From: a candidate division WOR-3 bacterium
GTDB taxonomy: Bacteria > Hydrothermota > Tepidihabitantia > SM23-42 > JAOAFX01
Direction: 5' to 3'
Length of the DNA stretch: 39,975 bases
Assembly: GCA_037444665.1 (NCBI GenBank)
Contig: JBBILZ010000021.1
Location: 1 to 39,975, forward strand
Positions 29,037 through 38,435 of the stretch are shown piece by piece. Each line of letters begins with the position of its first letter. Position 1 is the stretch's first letter. A program made the position numbers and the translations under genes. The notes under the pieces are model-generated. The model did not search any database, was not told where the DNA came from, and was given only the letters and a program-made list of their open reading frames with translations.

Positions 29037-29801
29037 TTACTTAAAGTAATTCACTCCATTTTCAAAAATTTTAAAGCCATCACCTTTCTCATTCATAGAT
29101 TTCCTTGTATGGAGAGGGTGCTGGAGATAAGAAATATGCCGCTCAGGATGAGGCATCAAACCAAGCACCCTGCCAGTTTTATCTGCAATACCAGCAATAT
29201 TCAAAATAGAACCATTAGGATTATATGGATAACCCGCCAACCTTCCTTTTTCATCTACATACTGGAAAACAATCTGTTTTTCAATCTTCTTTAAAATTGT
29301 TTTATTTTTAACAACGAACTTACCTTCTGCATGGGCAACAGGCAGAGAGATAATTCTATTAATTCCTTTTGTGAATATTGAACGTTCAGCATAAACTTTT
29401 AAATTTGACCAGCGGTCTTCAAATCTCTCTGAGTCATTGGTTATCAAACTTACTGATTGTTCAGTAAAATAATCTTCAAAACCGGGCAGAATGCCTGCCT
29501 TTACCAATACCTGAAAACCATTACATATACCCAGAATTAAATTACCTTTTTCAATGAATTCTAAGATTGCTTCCTTTAATTTATATTTTATTTCATTGGC
29601 AAATATTTTTCCTGCGCTGATATCATCGCCATAAGTAAAACCACCGGGCAGGACAAGAATTTTATAATCAAGTAATCTATTTTTATTAACTGCATCTATA
29701 TATATACGTTCACATTTTGCGCCGGCAAGTTCAAAAGCATAAGCAGTCTCAAGGTCACAATTGGTTCCCGCGGTGCGAATAATAAGAACTTTTATTTTCA
29801 T
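29037..29801 (-). CDS. purQ: Phosphoribosylformylglycinamidine synthase subunit PurQ
   Basis: GTNCD, PGGFTYGD, GICNGFQ, AHAEG, NPNGS, MPHPER. Confidence 0.95.
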   Translation of the reverse strand: MKIKVLIIRTAGTNCDLETAYAFELAGAKCERIYIDAVNKNRLLDYKILVLPGGFTYGDDISAGKIFANEIKYKLKEAILEFIEKGNLILGICNGFQVLVKAGILPGFEDYFTEQSVSLITNDSERFEDRWSNLKVYAERSIFTKGINRIISLPVAHAEGKFVVKNKTILKKIEKQIVFQYVDEKGRLAGYPYNPNGSILNIAGIADKTGRVLGLMPHPERHISYLQHPLHTRKSMNEKGDGFKIFENGVNYFK

Positions 29802-29998
29802 TGTTTTAATGAGACATAGATGGTCCGTTTTTCCCTTCTAAATTTTACTTTATCCTCCCGGGCAAGCCAGCCCAGACCTAAATAAAACATATTTACTGGC
29901 AGACCTGACCTGCGTTGTAATTTTGTAATCACCATCTCACCCTCATCCTTCAATTTCTTCCAGATATTACCTGCGGCAAAACCAATTTCTGTAATCAT
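29798..29998 (-). CDS. Small winged-helix protein (DUF2582-like)
   Basis: 'IGFAAGNIW...GLGWLAREDK'; AGGAGG RBS. Confidence 0.8.
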   Translation of the reverse strand: MITEIGFAAGNIWKKLKDEGEMVITKLQRRSGLPVNMFYLGLGWLAREDKVKFRREKRTIYVSLKQ

Positions 29999-30057
29999 AA
30001 AGCCTCCTAAATATTATTTTTTAAGATAAAATGAAACAAAATATTTTGTGATTTATA

Positions 30058-30879
30058 TTAAAGGTTGATTTCAGTTCCAGTCTTTGCGGCATCAATGTCA
30101 TATTCAGGAAACTTCATTCGTAGGTCACGCAGGATATTATTAATAAATTCATCACTGCTTGAAGGGTCATGATGAGTGAACATTACCCTTTTTACACCCC
30201 CATCCATTGCCAGCTGCATAACTTGACTATATGTTGAATGGCCCCAACCAAGTTTACTTTTGTAATTTTCATCAATGTATTGGGCATCATGTATCAATAT
30301 ATCAGCATCCTTCACAAATTTGGTAAACTTTTTGTAGGTCGTTTTTGGAGATGGCGAAAAAAGTTCATTATCAGTTAAAAAAACTGCAGATTTTTTATTT
30401 TCAATAAATTTCAAACCTAATGTATAATTAGGATGATTATTATGAATGATTTGAACTGTTATTGTGCCAATTTTGAATCTATTTTTTATCTTCTTGAAAA
30501 TAAAATTTGCCGGCAAGTCAGTTAATTTTATTGTTGGGAAAAATGGAATATGCATCTGGTAAGAAAGTGCTTTCTTTGCAACCACTTCATTCTCTGGTCC
30601 ATAAACACTTATTGATGTGTTTTTGGAATATGCCGGAGCAAAAAATGGGAATCCCTGGATATGGTCCCAGTGATAATGTGTGAAGACCAGGTGCAGATTG
30701 TTTTTTCTGTGTTGCATTAAATATATGCCAAGCTCTCTTATCCCGCTACCTGCATCCACAATGATTGATTCACCAGAATTCGTCTCTACATAAACACAGG
30801 TTGTGTTACCCCCATATTGAATGGTGGAAGTACCGGATACAGGAATAGAACCTCGTGTTCCATAGAATTTTATAAGCAT
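30058..30879 (-). CDS. MBL-fold metallo-hydrolase
   Basis: GTRGSIP, YGGNTTC, THYHWDHIQG, HDAQY, WGHS, HHDP. Confidence 0.9.
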   Translation of the reverse strand: MLIKFYGTRGSIPVSGTSTIQYGGNTTCVYVETNSGESIIVDAGSGIRELGIYLMQHRKNNLHLVFTHYHWDHIQGFPFFAPAYSKNTSISVYGPENEVVAKKALSYQMHIPFFPTIKLTDLPANFIFKKIKNRFKIGTITVQIIHNNHPNYTLGLKFIENKKSAVFLTDNELFSPSPKTTYKKFTKFVKDADILIHDAQYIDENYKSKLGWGHSTYSQVMQLAMDGGVKRVMFTHHDPSSSDEFINNILRDLRMKFPEYDIDAAKTGTEINL

Positions 30880-31227
30880 TTAATCTTTTTCCTTTGGTTT
30901 TTGGCCCATCCGACAGTTGCCATCAAAGAATACACCAGCTTGAATAATCAAACCTTTACATATAATATCACCAAACATCTGGGCACCGCTCTGAAATTCT
31001 AAAACATCTTCTGCCTGAATATTACCTTCTATTTTACCGCCAATGATCGCTGATTTACAATTAACATTTCCTTTAATATAACCGGTATTTCCACAAAACA
31101 GGCTATCTTTCACCACAATATTACCTTCAACTGTGCCATCAATCTTCACTGAGCCGGTAATCTTTATATCACCATTTACAACTGTACTTCTGCCAATAAC
31201 AGTATCAATCTTACCTTCTTTTTCCAT
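30880..31227 (-). CDS. Bactofilin (polymer-forming cytoskeletal protein)
   Basis: TVIG...V.GDI...IDGTVEGNI...GVFFDGNCRM beta-helix pattern. Confidence 0.92.
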   Translation of the reverse strand: MEKEGKIDTVIGRSTVVNGDIKITGSVKIDGTVEGNIVVKDSLFCGNTGYIKGNVNCKSAIIGGKIEGNIQAEDVLEFQSGAQMFGDIICKGLIIQAGVFFDGNCRMGQKPKEKD

Positions 31228-31323
31228 TAAACTCCTTTTCTTAAAAATAGATTATATATAAAAATACCGCAAAGTCAAGTAAATTGTGCAAGGTTTTGAT
31301 TGGAACAATTCGGCTAATAGATT

Positions 31324-32514
31324 CTATTTTTTAGCCAGTTCTGACCTTATATAATCCCCTCTCTTTAATTTACCAGCATCCGGAATCCAGCACCTGGGGT
31401 CTGTTGGAATCCTGTTGACCATTATCTGAAAGTGAAGGTTTGAACCAGTGCACATTCCTGTTTTACCCATCTCACCAATCACCTGCCCTTTTGTAACTGT
31501 ATCGCCTACTGCTACTTCAATTTTATTAAGGTGAATATAAACAGTATGAATTGATTGACCATGTGCAATAACAATACTTTTTCCATGCCCTTCAAGTTCT
31601 TCGGTCATGGCCACAACGCCATTATTAGCAGCAACAATCTCTGTTCCAATTGCGTTTGCAATATCAATTGCTTTATGAGACCATTTATCAAGGCCATTGT
31701 TGTATCGCCTTGCCATGCCGTACATAGATGTAATATGACCTGAACAGGGCCAGATAAAATCACCTTCGCACATCAATGTATCAAAATTTTTGTTGTAAGC
31801 CTTGCTGAAATAGCGTGATTCGTATTTCATCATTTCCAATGTCTCTTCTGTGAGAACATGAATGTCCAATTCCACAGTATCCTGCTCTGCAAAATCACCA
31901 GTGATTACTTTAAATGGTAATCTCAAACTTTTTCTGGAATTACCCTCGGTATATTTTAAAGTCATAAAATATTTACCAGTATCAGCATCCATTGGAACTG
32001 CGAGAACAGTTCGGTAAATATTCTTACCTGCTGCATATAATTTGTATTTTTTATAAAGAAATTTTATTTCCGGGTCTATGAGTGGTAATACTGCGGCAAT
32101 ATTCAAGGTTGCGATTTCACCCTGTTTATATACTTTTTTATCAAGTGAAATACTCTGAAACAATCCATTGATGAGTGAATCTTTTATTTGTGGGTTATAA
32201 GAAAGTTTATTATCAATCACATTATTTTTGTTGCCCAATGGTCTTGCTATATTTTCTTCAACCGAGGGACGGGGTATATTAGAAACACTGAAATGGATAA
32301 TTGAAGGTTCGGTGAGTTTGGGAAACAACTCGGGCAAAAAATCTATTGTTTTATTGATCGGTTCAAGCCGCTTTTTTAGGTTAATTGTTCTGTCCCAGAA
32401 ACTCTTTTTTGTGCTATCGCTGTGATCAATGATATCCGTTTCTTCACCTGAGCAGTTATTCATATTGAATGATATCACCAGGACAGTTGTTATAAACATC
32501 AAAAATAATTTCAT
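31324..32514 (-). CDS. M23 (LytM) family peptidase-like protein
   Basis: HKAIDIA, TVYIHL, V.KGQVIG.MGKTG, and NLHF in place of HLHF. Confidence 0.85.
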   Translation of the reverse strand: MKLFLMFITTVLVISFNMNNCSGEETDIIDHSDSTKKSFWDRTINLKKRLEPINKTIDFLPELFPKLTEPSIIHFSVSNIPRPSVEENIARPLGNKNNVIDNKLSYNPQIKDSLINGLFQSISLDKKVYKQGEIATLNIAAVLPLIDPEIKFLYKKYKLYAAGKNIYRTVLAVPMDADTGKYFMTLKYTEGNSRKSLRLPFKVITGDFAEQDTVELDIHVLTEETLEMMKYESRYFSKAYNKNFDTLMCEGDFIWPCSGHITSMYGMARRYNNGLDKWSHKAIDIANAIGTEIVAANNGVVAMTEELEGHGKSIVIAHGQSIHTVYIHLNKIEVAVGDTVTKGQVIGEMGKTGMCTGSNLHFQIMVNRIPTDPRCWIPDAGKLKRGDYIRSELAKK

Positions 32515-32566
32515 TGCTATATTATAATTTTATCTATAAATAAACAGATGTCAAGAATTTTTTTCT

Positions 32567-33364
32567 CTACTCCCTTTTTACATCCCTGGCACAACGGAAT
32601 CCATAATAGCGGTCTTGAACAAATGGTTTTAATCCCATTCTTGCTGAGCATCGCAAATGCTTTGGATTAATACTTAACCATGAACCTCCACGCAAAACTC
32701 TTGTATAACCCGAATCAGGACCGGCTGGATTTTTATCCGGACTTATTCTATAATAAAGCGAATCATAAAAATCAGCACACCATTCCCATACATTACCTGC
32801 CATATCATAAAGCCCAAAATTGTTCGGCGGAAACTTTCCCACAGGCGATGTGTATCTATAACCATCAGCCTCAAGGTTTCCTCCTGGTGCATAATTACAT
32901 TTTTTAAATGGCATATCATCGCCCCATGGAAAATCTTTTTCAACAAGTCCCCCTCTTGCTGCGTATTCCCATTCTGCCTCAGTAGGTAATCTTTTCCCTG
33001 CCCATTTTGCATAACTGAGTGCGTCAAAATAGCTAACTCCCACAACTGGTTGGTTTGGATTATTTAAACTTGAATCCTTAATAAAGGCAGGTCTGGGATG
33101 CCCGGTTGCTTTCACAAACTCTAAATATTGACGATTTGTAACTTCATATTTGTCCATATAAAATGTGTCTATCCAGACCCTGTGTTTTGGATTCTCTCCT
33201 GTTGAATCTGAACCCATAACAAAATATCCTCCAGGGATTAAAACCATACCCTCTGGTGGTGGTAGAATCTTTTTTACTGATTTATCTTCAACCTTTTGTT
33301 TACCACATAATATAAAATAGAGAATAAAACAAAAAATAAACAAAAATTTAATTGACCTTTTCAT
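32567..33364 (-). CDS. FGE-sulfatase domain (SUMF1-like) protein, possibly a lipoprotein
   Basis: RLPTEAEWEYAARGG, GLYDMAGNVWEW, RGGSW, GFRCA; ATG 33364 preferred because the promoter overlaps the longer ORF. Confidence 0.88.
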   Translation of the reverse strand: MKRSIKFLFIFCFILYFILCGKQKVEDKSVKKILPPPEGMVLIPGGYFVMGSDSTGENPKHRVWIDTFYMDKYEVTNRQYLEFVKATGHPRPAFIKDSSLNNPNQPVVGVSYFDALSYAKWAGKRLPTEAEWEYAARGGLVEKDFPWGDDMPFKKCNYAPGGNLEADGYRYTSPVGKFPPNNFGLYDMAGNVWEWCADFYDSLYYRISPDKNPAGPDSGYTRVLRGGSWLSINPKHLRCSARMGLKPFVQDRYYGFRCARDVKRE

Positions 33365-33462
33365 AGAATAAATATTACGCAAATTTTTATCCAAGTCAAT
33401 ACAAATACTAAAAACATAAAAAAATTATTGACACCAAAGTGATTTTGTATATAATTTTTGTA

Positions 33463-33855
33463 ATGGTAAAAGACCCAGTATTCAAAAGAATTCTTGAAAA
33501 TGACCCACGCTACGATATATCAGCATATATATTTGTCATTGAAGCACTGGAGTATGCACGGCAAAAATTTAATGTTGAAAAACATGTTACTGGTAAACAA
33601 CTACTTGAAGGCATCAAAGAATTAGCAATAAAGCGATTTGGGCCAATGGCAAAGATGGTATTTGAATACTGGGGTGTGAAAAAAACTATAGATTTTGGTA
33701 ATATTGTTTTTAATATGCTCAAAGAGAATATTCTGACTAAAACTGAAGAAGATAGCCTTCAGGACTTTGATGAGGTTTATGATTTTGAAGAAGTCTTTGT
33801 AAAAAATTATGAACCAGAATTTAATGGCAAGAATATAAAACACATTAATGATTAA
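33463..33855 (+). CDS. Minf_1886-like conserved protein
   Basis: DPRY...AY.FV.EAL...HVTG..LL.G.....FG.MA..V...WG....DFG.IVFN; ATG 33463 lies after the promoter at 33428-33455. Confidence 0.75.
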   Translation: MVKDPVFKRILENDPRYDISAYIFVIEALEYARQKFNVEKHVTGKQLLEGIKELAIKRFGPMAKMVFEYWGVKKTIDFGNIVFNMLKENILTKTEEDSLQDFDEVYDFEEVFVKNYEPEFNGKNIKHIND

Positions 33856-33940
33856 TTATAAAATTTTTACGATTCCAAACTGTATTTAGATATTGACATT
33901 TGGAAAATTTTATATATACTATTTTTTATAATTGGGGAGT

Positions 33941-34582
33941 ATGGAAAATTATTATACTATTCTTGGAGTAACGAGTACCGCGACTTTGTCAGAGATTAAA
34001 AATGCCTATATGCGGCTGGCAAAACAGTACCATCCTGACAGGTTTACGGATGAAACTGAAAAGGTCAAAGCGAATGAGCATTTTGCTAAGATTACTGCTG
34101 CATATCGTATTCTCTCGGATGAAAAATTGAGGGCTGATTATGACAAATCTCTGGAAAAAGGGACAAAACCTCAAGACCAAATCCAGGAGACCCAGGCAAA
34201 GAACGCCTTTACCCGCGCCCTTGATTTTCTAAAAAATAAAGACCCCTGGCGCGCCGTGAATTTATTGCGGATTGCCTGCCGCTATGACCCACAGCCAATC
34301 TACCTTTCATATCTTGGGCTCGCACTCGTTTATACAAAACAGTATCAAAAAGAAGGGTTTGACCGACTCCAGGAGGCAGCAAAACGCTTGATGTTTGACC
34401 CTATCGTTTATGTAAATTTAGGACTCGCTTATGAATATGTTGGCAATACAGAAAAGGCTTTAAAATATTTTTATGAAGCGCTGAACTGGGATGGTAAAAA
34501 TATTTCTGCAAGAAAAGGGATAGAACGACTGGAACCTAAAAAAACAAACTTTTTCTCAAAATTATTTGGAGGAGGTAAATGA
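33941..34582 (+). CDS. DnaJ-domain plus TPR protein
   Basis: YYTILGV...YHPD...AYRILSD; TPR C-terminus; GGGGAG RBS before ATG 33941. Confidence 0.88.
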   Translation: MENYYTILGVTSTATLSEIKNAYMRLAKQYHPDRFTDETEKVKANEHFAKITAAYRILSDEKLRADYDKSLEKGTKPQDQIQETQAKNAFTRALDFLKNKDPWRAVNLLRIACRYDPQPIYLSYLGLALVYTKQYQKEGFDRLQEAAKRLMFDPIVYVNLGLAYEYVGNTEKALKYFYEALNWDGKNISARKGIERLEPKKTNFFSKLFGGGK

Positions 34583-34818
34583 AAAAAACGACACTAATTG
34601 AAATGCTTGAAGAACTCTGCAAGAATCTCTCCATTATTGTAAAGTATGACCGATTCTTTGGCAAGGGTGGGTTTTGCCGTTTAAAACAAAAATCTTTCTT
34701 TATCATCAATGAAAGTTTATCCAATGCTACAAAAGAAGACATCTTTATTCAGGAGCTCAGGCAGTTGAATCTTGACCCTTCATTAGTGCCACCTAAATTA
34801 AAAGAAGTTATTAAATGA
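34579..34818 (+). CDS. Hypothetical protein
   Basis: GGAGG RBS; ATGA overlap coupling; 'GGFCRL' motif. Confidence 0.7.
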   Translation: MKKTTLIEMLEELCKNLSIIVKYDRFFGKGGFCRLKQKSFFIINESLSNATKEDIFIQELRQLNLDPSLVPPKLKEVIK

Positions 34819-35039
34819 TAAAATTTGGATTAATCATAATATTTTTTTCTGCATTCTTCTGGCTTGCAAATTTTAAAATTCTCTCCTTATCAAGGGACTG
34901 GCCCATTATTCTAATCTTTTTTGGATTTATGAATATCCTTGTATTTCCAAAGTATTCCAGAAAAAAAATTATTGAAGATTTAGAAAAAGGGAAGATTACC
35001 CCGGACGAGGCATTACAAAAATTGGAGAAATTAAATTAA
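34815..35039 (+). CDS. Small membrane protein (LiaF/DUF5668-like TM pair)
   Basis: Two TM helices with 'WPIILI'; ATGA overlap. Confidence 0.6.
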   Translation: MIKFGLIIIFFSAFFWLANFKILSLSRDWPIILIFFGFMNILVFPKYSRKKIIEDLEKGKITPDEALQKLEKLN

Positions 35040-36145
35040 AAAACCTTTTTGAATCCTTAAATATCAATCCTGAAGTTAAAGTCTTTGTCTGTGCCGGTGA
35101 ACCATCAGGAGACTTATACGCAAGTTATTTTATCAAAAACTGGTTAGAAAAAGAAAATTGTGAAATCTTTGGCGTCGGCGGAGAAAATTTAAGAAAAAAT
35201 ATCAATCTGGTATATGATTATGAAAATCTCAAAACCATTGGATTCGCTTCTGGTATTTTTTCATTTATTAAAAATTATAGAATTTACAAAAAAATTGCGC
35301 GGGCAATATATAAAATTAGACCTAAAATATTTATTGCTGTTGCCTATCCTGGAATTAATCTTTTGTTATGCAGATATGCAAAAAAAATCGGCGCAAGAAC
35401 TATCTATTTTATTCCACCGCAGCTCTGGGCATGGGGTAGTTTTAGAAAATATTTTTTAAAAAAATGGGCTGACCTGATTATCTCTGTTTTTCCGTTTGAG
35501 TATCATTATTTCAAAAAGCAAAATATGAAGATTATTTATTGGCAGAACCCTTTAATTAATGAATTGAAAACATATAAAAGAACAGACAGCAAAATGAGAA
35601 TTGGTCTGATGCCGGGTTCGCGTAAAAATGAAGTAAAGCGGAATTTGCCAGTGTTAATTGATGTTGTCCAGGCTTTAGAAAAAAAGCTTGAAGGCACATC
35701 TCATCGCATTGAATACTGCCTTATCCTCCACCCTGACTGTTTATCCGATATAAATTTTAATAATAATTTTTTATCAATAGTACAATGCGGTGGCAAAAAA
35801 AATCAGAATTATAATATCAATCTTTTAACAACAGCAGAGAACCGATACCAGGCAATGCGTAACTGTGACCTGTTACTCATCTGTTCAGGAACTGCATCCC
35901 TGGAAGCAGGCATAATGCAAATCCCGCACATTTTTTGTAATCGTCCCAATTTTTTTGACTATCATCTGTTTCGTCATTTAATTAAAACAAAGGAATATAA
36001 CCTGACCAATTTATATTTCGGAAGAAATGTAATCCCCAGCTTTGTAATGCGTAATAAAAAAGAACTTGTCAAAAAAATACTCCTGAAACTAAAAAAGATG
36101 CTTGAAGATAAGGGTATAAATTGTGATACAAATAAAGATGGTTGA
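35021..36145 (+). CDS. lpxB: Lipid-A-disaccharide synthase LpxB-like protein (start uncertain, non-canonical)
   Basis: Frame of ORF 35363 is open from 34976 and reads KVFVCAGEPSGD...FGVGG...YPGINL...PPQLWAWG...LMPGSR.NE...SGTASLE. Confidence 0.75.
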   Translation: MGEIKLKNLFESLNINPEVKVFVCAGEPSGDLYASYFIKNWLEKENCEIFGVGGENLRKNINLVYDYENLKTIGFASGIFSFIKNYRIYKKIARAIYKIRPKIFIAVAYPGINLLLCRYAKKIGARTIYFIPPQLWAWGSFRKYFLKKWADLIISVFPFEYHYFKKQNMKIIYWQNPLINELKTYKRTDSKMRIGLMPGSRKNEVKRNLPVLIDVVQALEKKLEGTSHRIEYCLILHPDCLSDINFNNNFLSIVQCGGKKNQNYNINLLTTAENRYQAMRNCDLLLICSGTASLEAGIMQIPHIFCNRPNFFDYHLFRHLIKTKEYNLTNLYFGRNVIPSFVMRNKKELVKKILLKLKKMLEDKGINCDTNKDG

Positions 36146-36174
36146 CTTAAGCAATTTTTCCAATATAATTAAGT

Positions 36175-37023
36175 ATGGAAGTTGAAAACCTCGTTACCTG
36201 CCATTCAGGTATTGGCGAGCAATTAATTTCAGAACTTATAAAACGGGGTGAAAATGTATATACTATATTCCCATCACCTAAAGATGTTCCTATGTCGTTT
36301 CTGGGAAAAATAAACTTAAAATATGGTTTTATAAAATTTGAGCAAGAATTGAATATTGAAAAAGGCTTACCAAGAAAGGTAAAGAATGTCTTTCATATAT
36401 ACGAATCTTATTCAGGTTCATTTTCAAAAATTTTTATGTCCAATGTAATGACGACACTCTTCCTGCTGGAATGGGCAAAGAAGGTCGGAGTGAGTAAATT
36501 CATCCTATTATCTTCAGGTGAAGTATATGGTTATGGTGAGAATCTTAATGAAAGTGCACCATACAACCCGCGCAGTTTTTATGCGACAACAAAATTTCAT
36601 GCAGAAACACTCTGCCGATATTACAATAGAAATTTTGAGGTGAAGATCCTGCGGATATTTTTCCCTTATGGAAAAAATCTTCTTCAGGGATACCTGTATA
36701 ATCTTATTGAATCATTCAATAAAACCGGCATTATTGAAACTGATTATGGAGCAATATGCCCTACTTTAATTGACGATATTATTGAGCCTTTAATTAAACT
36801 GCGGGACATCTCGGGGAACAGTATTTACAATATTTGTGGCTCATCTATACCCCTTACTCAACTCATCAAAGAGATTGAATCCATATCAGGAAAATCTATA
36901 AAAAAATTACACACGGGTAAGAATATTCTCTGCGGCGATAGTCTTAAAGCAAAAGAGGAACTCAATTATAAAGAGACACTATTACAAAATGGTATCCAGC
37001 AGCTTATAAACATTCTAAAATGA
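36175..37023 (+). CDS. NAD-dependent epimerase/dehydratase-like protein
   Basis: SSGEVYG, YATTK, LRIFFPYG; degenerate glycine-rich motif (TCHSGIG). Confidence 0.75.
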   Translation: MEVENLVTCHSGIGEQLISELIKRGENVYTIFPSPKDVPMSFLGKINLKYGFIKFEQELNIEKGLPRKVKNVFHIYESYSGSFSKIFMSNVMTTLFLLEWAKKVGVSKFILLSSGEVYGYGENLNESAPYNPRSFYATTKFHAETLCRYYNRNFEVKILRIFFPYGKNLLQGYLYNLIESFNKTGIIETDYGAICPTLIDDIIEPLIKLRDISGNSIYNICGSSIPLTQLIKEIESISGKSIKKLHTGKNILCGDSLKAKEELNYKETLLQNGIQQLINILK

Positions 37024-38435
37024 TTGATATACTTTTGGTAAATCCAGAAGAAAAAGAAGGATTTTTTGAAAGAATGCCGCCCCTGGGGCTCGCTTCCCTC
37101 GCCAGTTTTCTTGAGTCACATAATATTTCTGTAAAAATAATTGATTTTGAAATTGAAAAGAAACCTTTAGAGCACTGGCTCTCTCTTTATCAACCCAGGT
37201 TCCTTGGTATTTCGGGCACGACCCATACACGCTTTGAATCATTCAGATTGGCACGCCTTGCCAAGACAATCAATAAAGAAATAATAACAATATATGGTGG
37301 AGTGCATGCTACATTTACCGCAAGTGAAACTCTGCGTAATATTCCAGAAATAGATTTTGTGATTCGTGGTGAGGGCGAAGAAGTGCTCCTTGAACTTTTA
37401 AATACCTGCAGCACAGACCAGAAATTTGAAAGAATACGAGGATTAAGTTTCAGAATGGATGGCATGCCTGTAGATAATCCACCTGCACACCGACTTCATC
37501 TTGATTCACTACCTCCTCCTGCTTATCATCTTCTGAATATGAAAAAGTATGAAATAAATATGGATTTCATAAATAAAAAGGGGATCTCCCTCCTCACCTC
37601 TCGCGGTTGTCTTTACCGCTGTTCATTCTGCTCGGCAAGTCGGATGTTTAATAATCTATTAACTGTGCGTTCCGCTCAAAATGTCATCGTTGAAATTCAA
37701 AAATTGTTAAATGAATACAATTTTAAAGCAATAAAATTTTTTGATAGTGCGCTCACACTTGACCGCGAGCATATTGAAAGTTTATGTGATGAAATTTTAC
37801 AGCACGATTTAAAATTCCCCTGGGAATGCGAGGTTCGGGTTGGCACTGTGGATATGCCACTTCTTGAAAAAATGCAGAAGGCAGGATGTTATTATGTTGA
37901 TATCGGTGCTGAATCAGCGAGTCAAAAAGTTCTTGATTTAATGCGTAAAGGGATTACTGTTGAACAAACCGAAGAATTGCTAAATATGTGTAAGGCATTA
38001 GGTATCAAAACAAAAGTATTTTTCTCTTTTGGACACATTGGTGAGACGATGAATGATGTTGAACAAACATTTGAATTTATTGAAAAGCATGGTGACAAAA
38101 TAACGACCGTAGCCAGTGGTGCAGGAGTTAGGATCTACCCTGGAACTTACCTTGAAGTTTATGCGCGGAGAAATCAGCTTCTTCCGGACAATTTTGAATG
38201 GTCAATGCCTTATGACGATGAGTGGAATGAATTAATTCTTCAATCTCGTTCAGTGCCAATATTCATTCAGCCCCAATTAGGAAAAAAGGAGTTAGAGCAG
38301 ATTGCCCTTCGTATTTATAGTAAACGCTTCAGTGGCTGGGATGGTTTTATGAGAGGGATAAAGAAATTAACCGACCCCCAGAAATTAAGAAAACTGCAAA
38401 ATTTCTTAAAATTAAAATTTATGACCCAGAAGTGA
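37020..38435 (+). CDS. B12-binding-domain radical SAM protein
   Basis: PPLGLASLAS, GGVHAT, GEGE, SRGCLYRCSFC (CxxxCxxC), YPGT. Confidence 0.9.
   Translation: MIDILLVNPEEKEGFFERMPPLGLASLASFLESHNISVKIIDFEIEKKPLEHWLSLYQPRFLGISGTTHTRFESFRLARLAKTINKEIITIYGGVHATFTASETLRNIPEIDFVIRGEGEEVLLELLNTCSTDQKFERIRGLSFRMDGMPVDNPPAHRLHLDSLPPPAYHLLNMKKYEINMDFINKKGISLLTSRGCLYRCSFCSASRMFNNLLTVRSAQNVIVEIQKLLNEYNFKAIKFFDSALTLDREHIESLCDEILQHDLKFPWECEVRVGTVDMPLLEKMQKAGCYYVDIGAESASQKVLDLMRKGITVEQTEELLNMCKALGIKTKVFFSFGHIGETMNDVEQTFEFIEKHGDKITTVASGAGVRIYPGTYLEVYARRNQLLPDNFEWSMPYDDEWNELILQSRSVPIFIQPQLGKKELEQIALRIYSKRFSGWDGFMRGIKKLTDPQKLRKLQNFLKLKFMTQK

Noticed and set aside
32567..33364. Diversity-generating retroelement target (FGE/CLec fold)
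   Set aside because: No reverse transcriptase and no template repeat visible in the window.
35214..35459. Separate 81-aa ORF or frameshifted lpxB N-terminus
   Set aside because: The LpxB N-terminus is in the same frame as ORF 35363; this ORF is an alternate-frame shadow.
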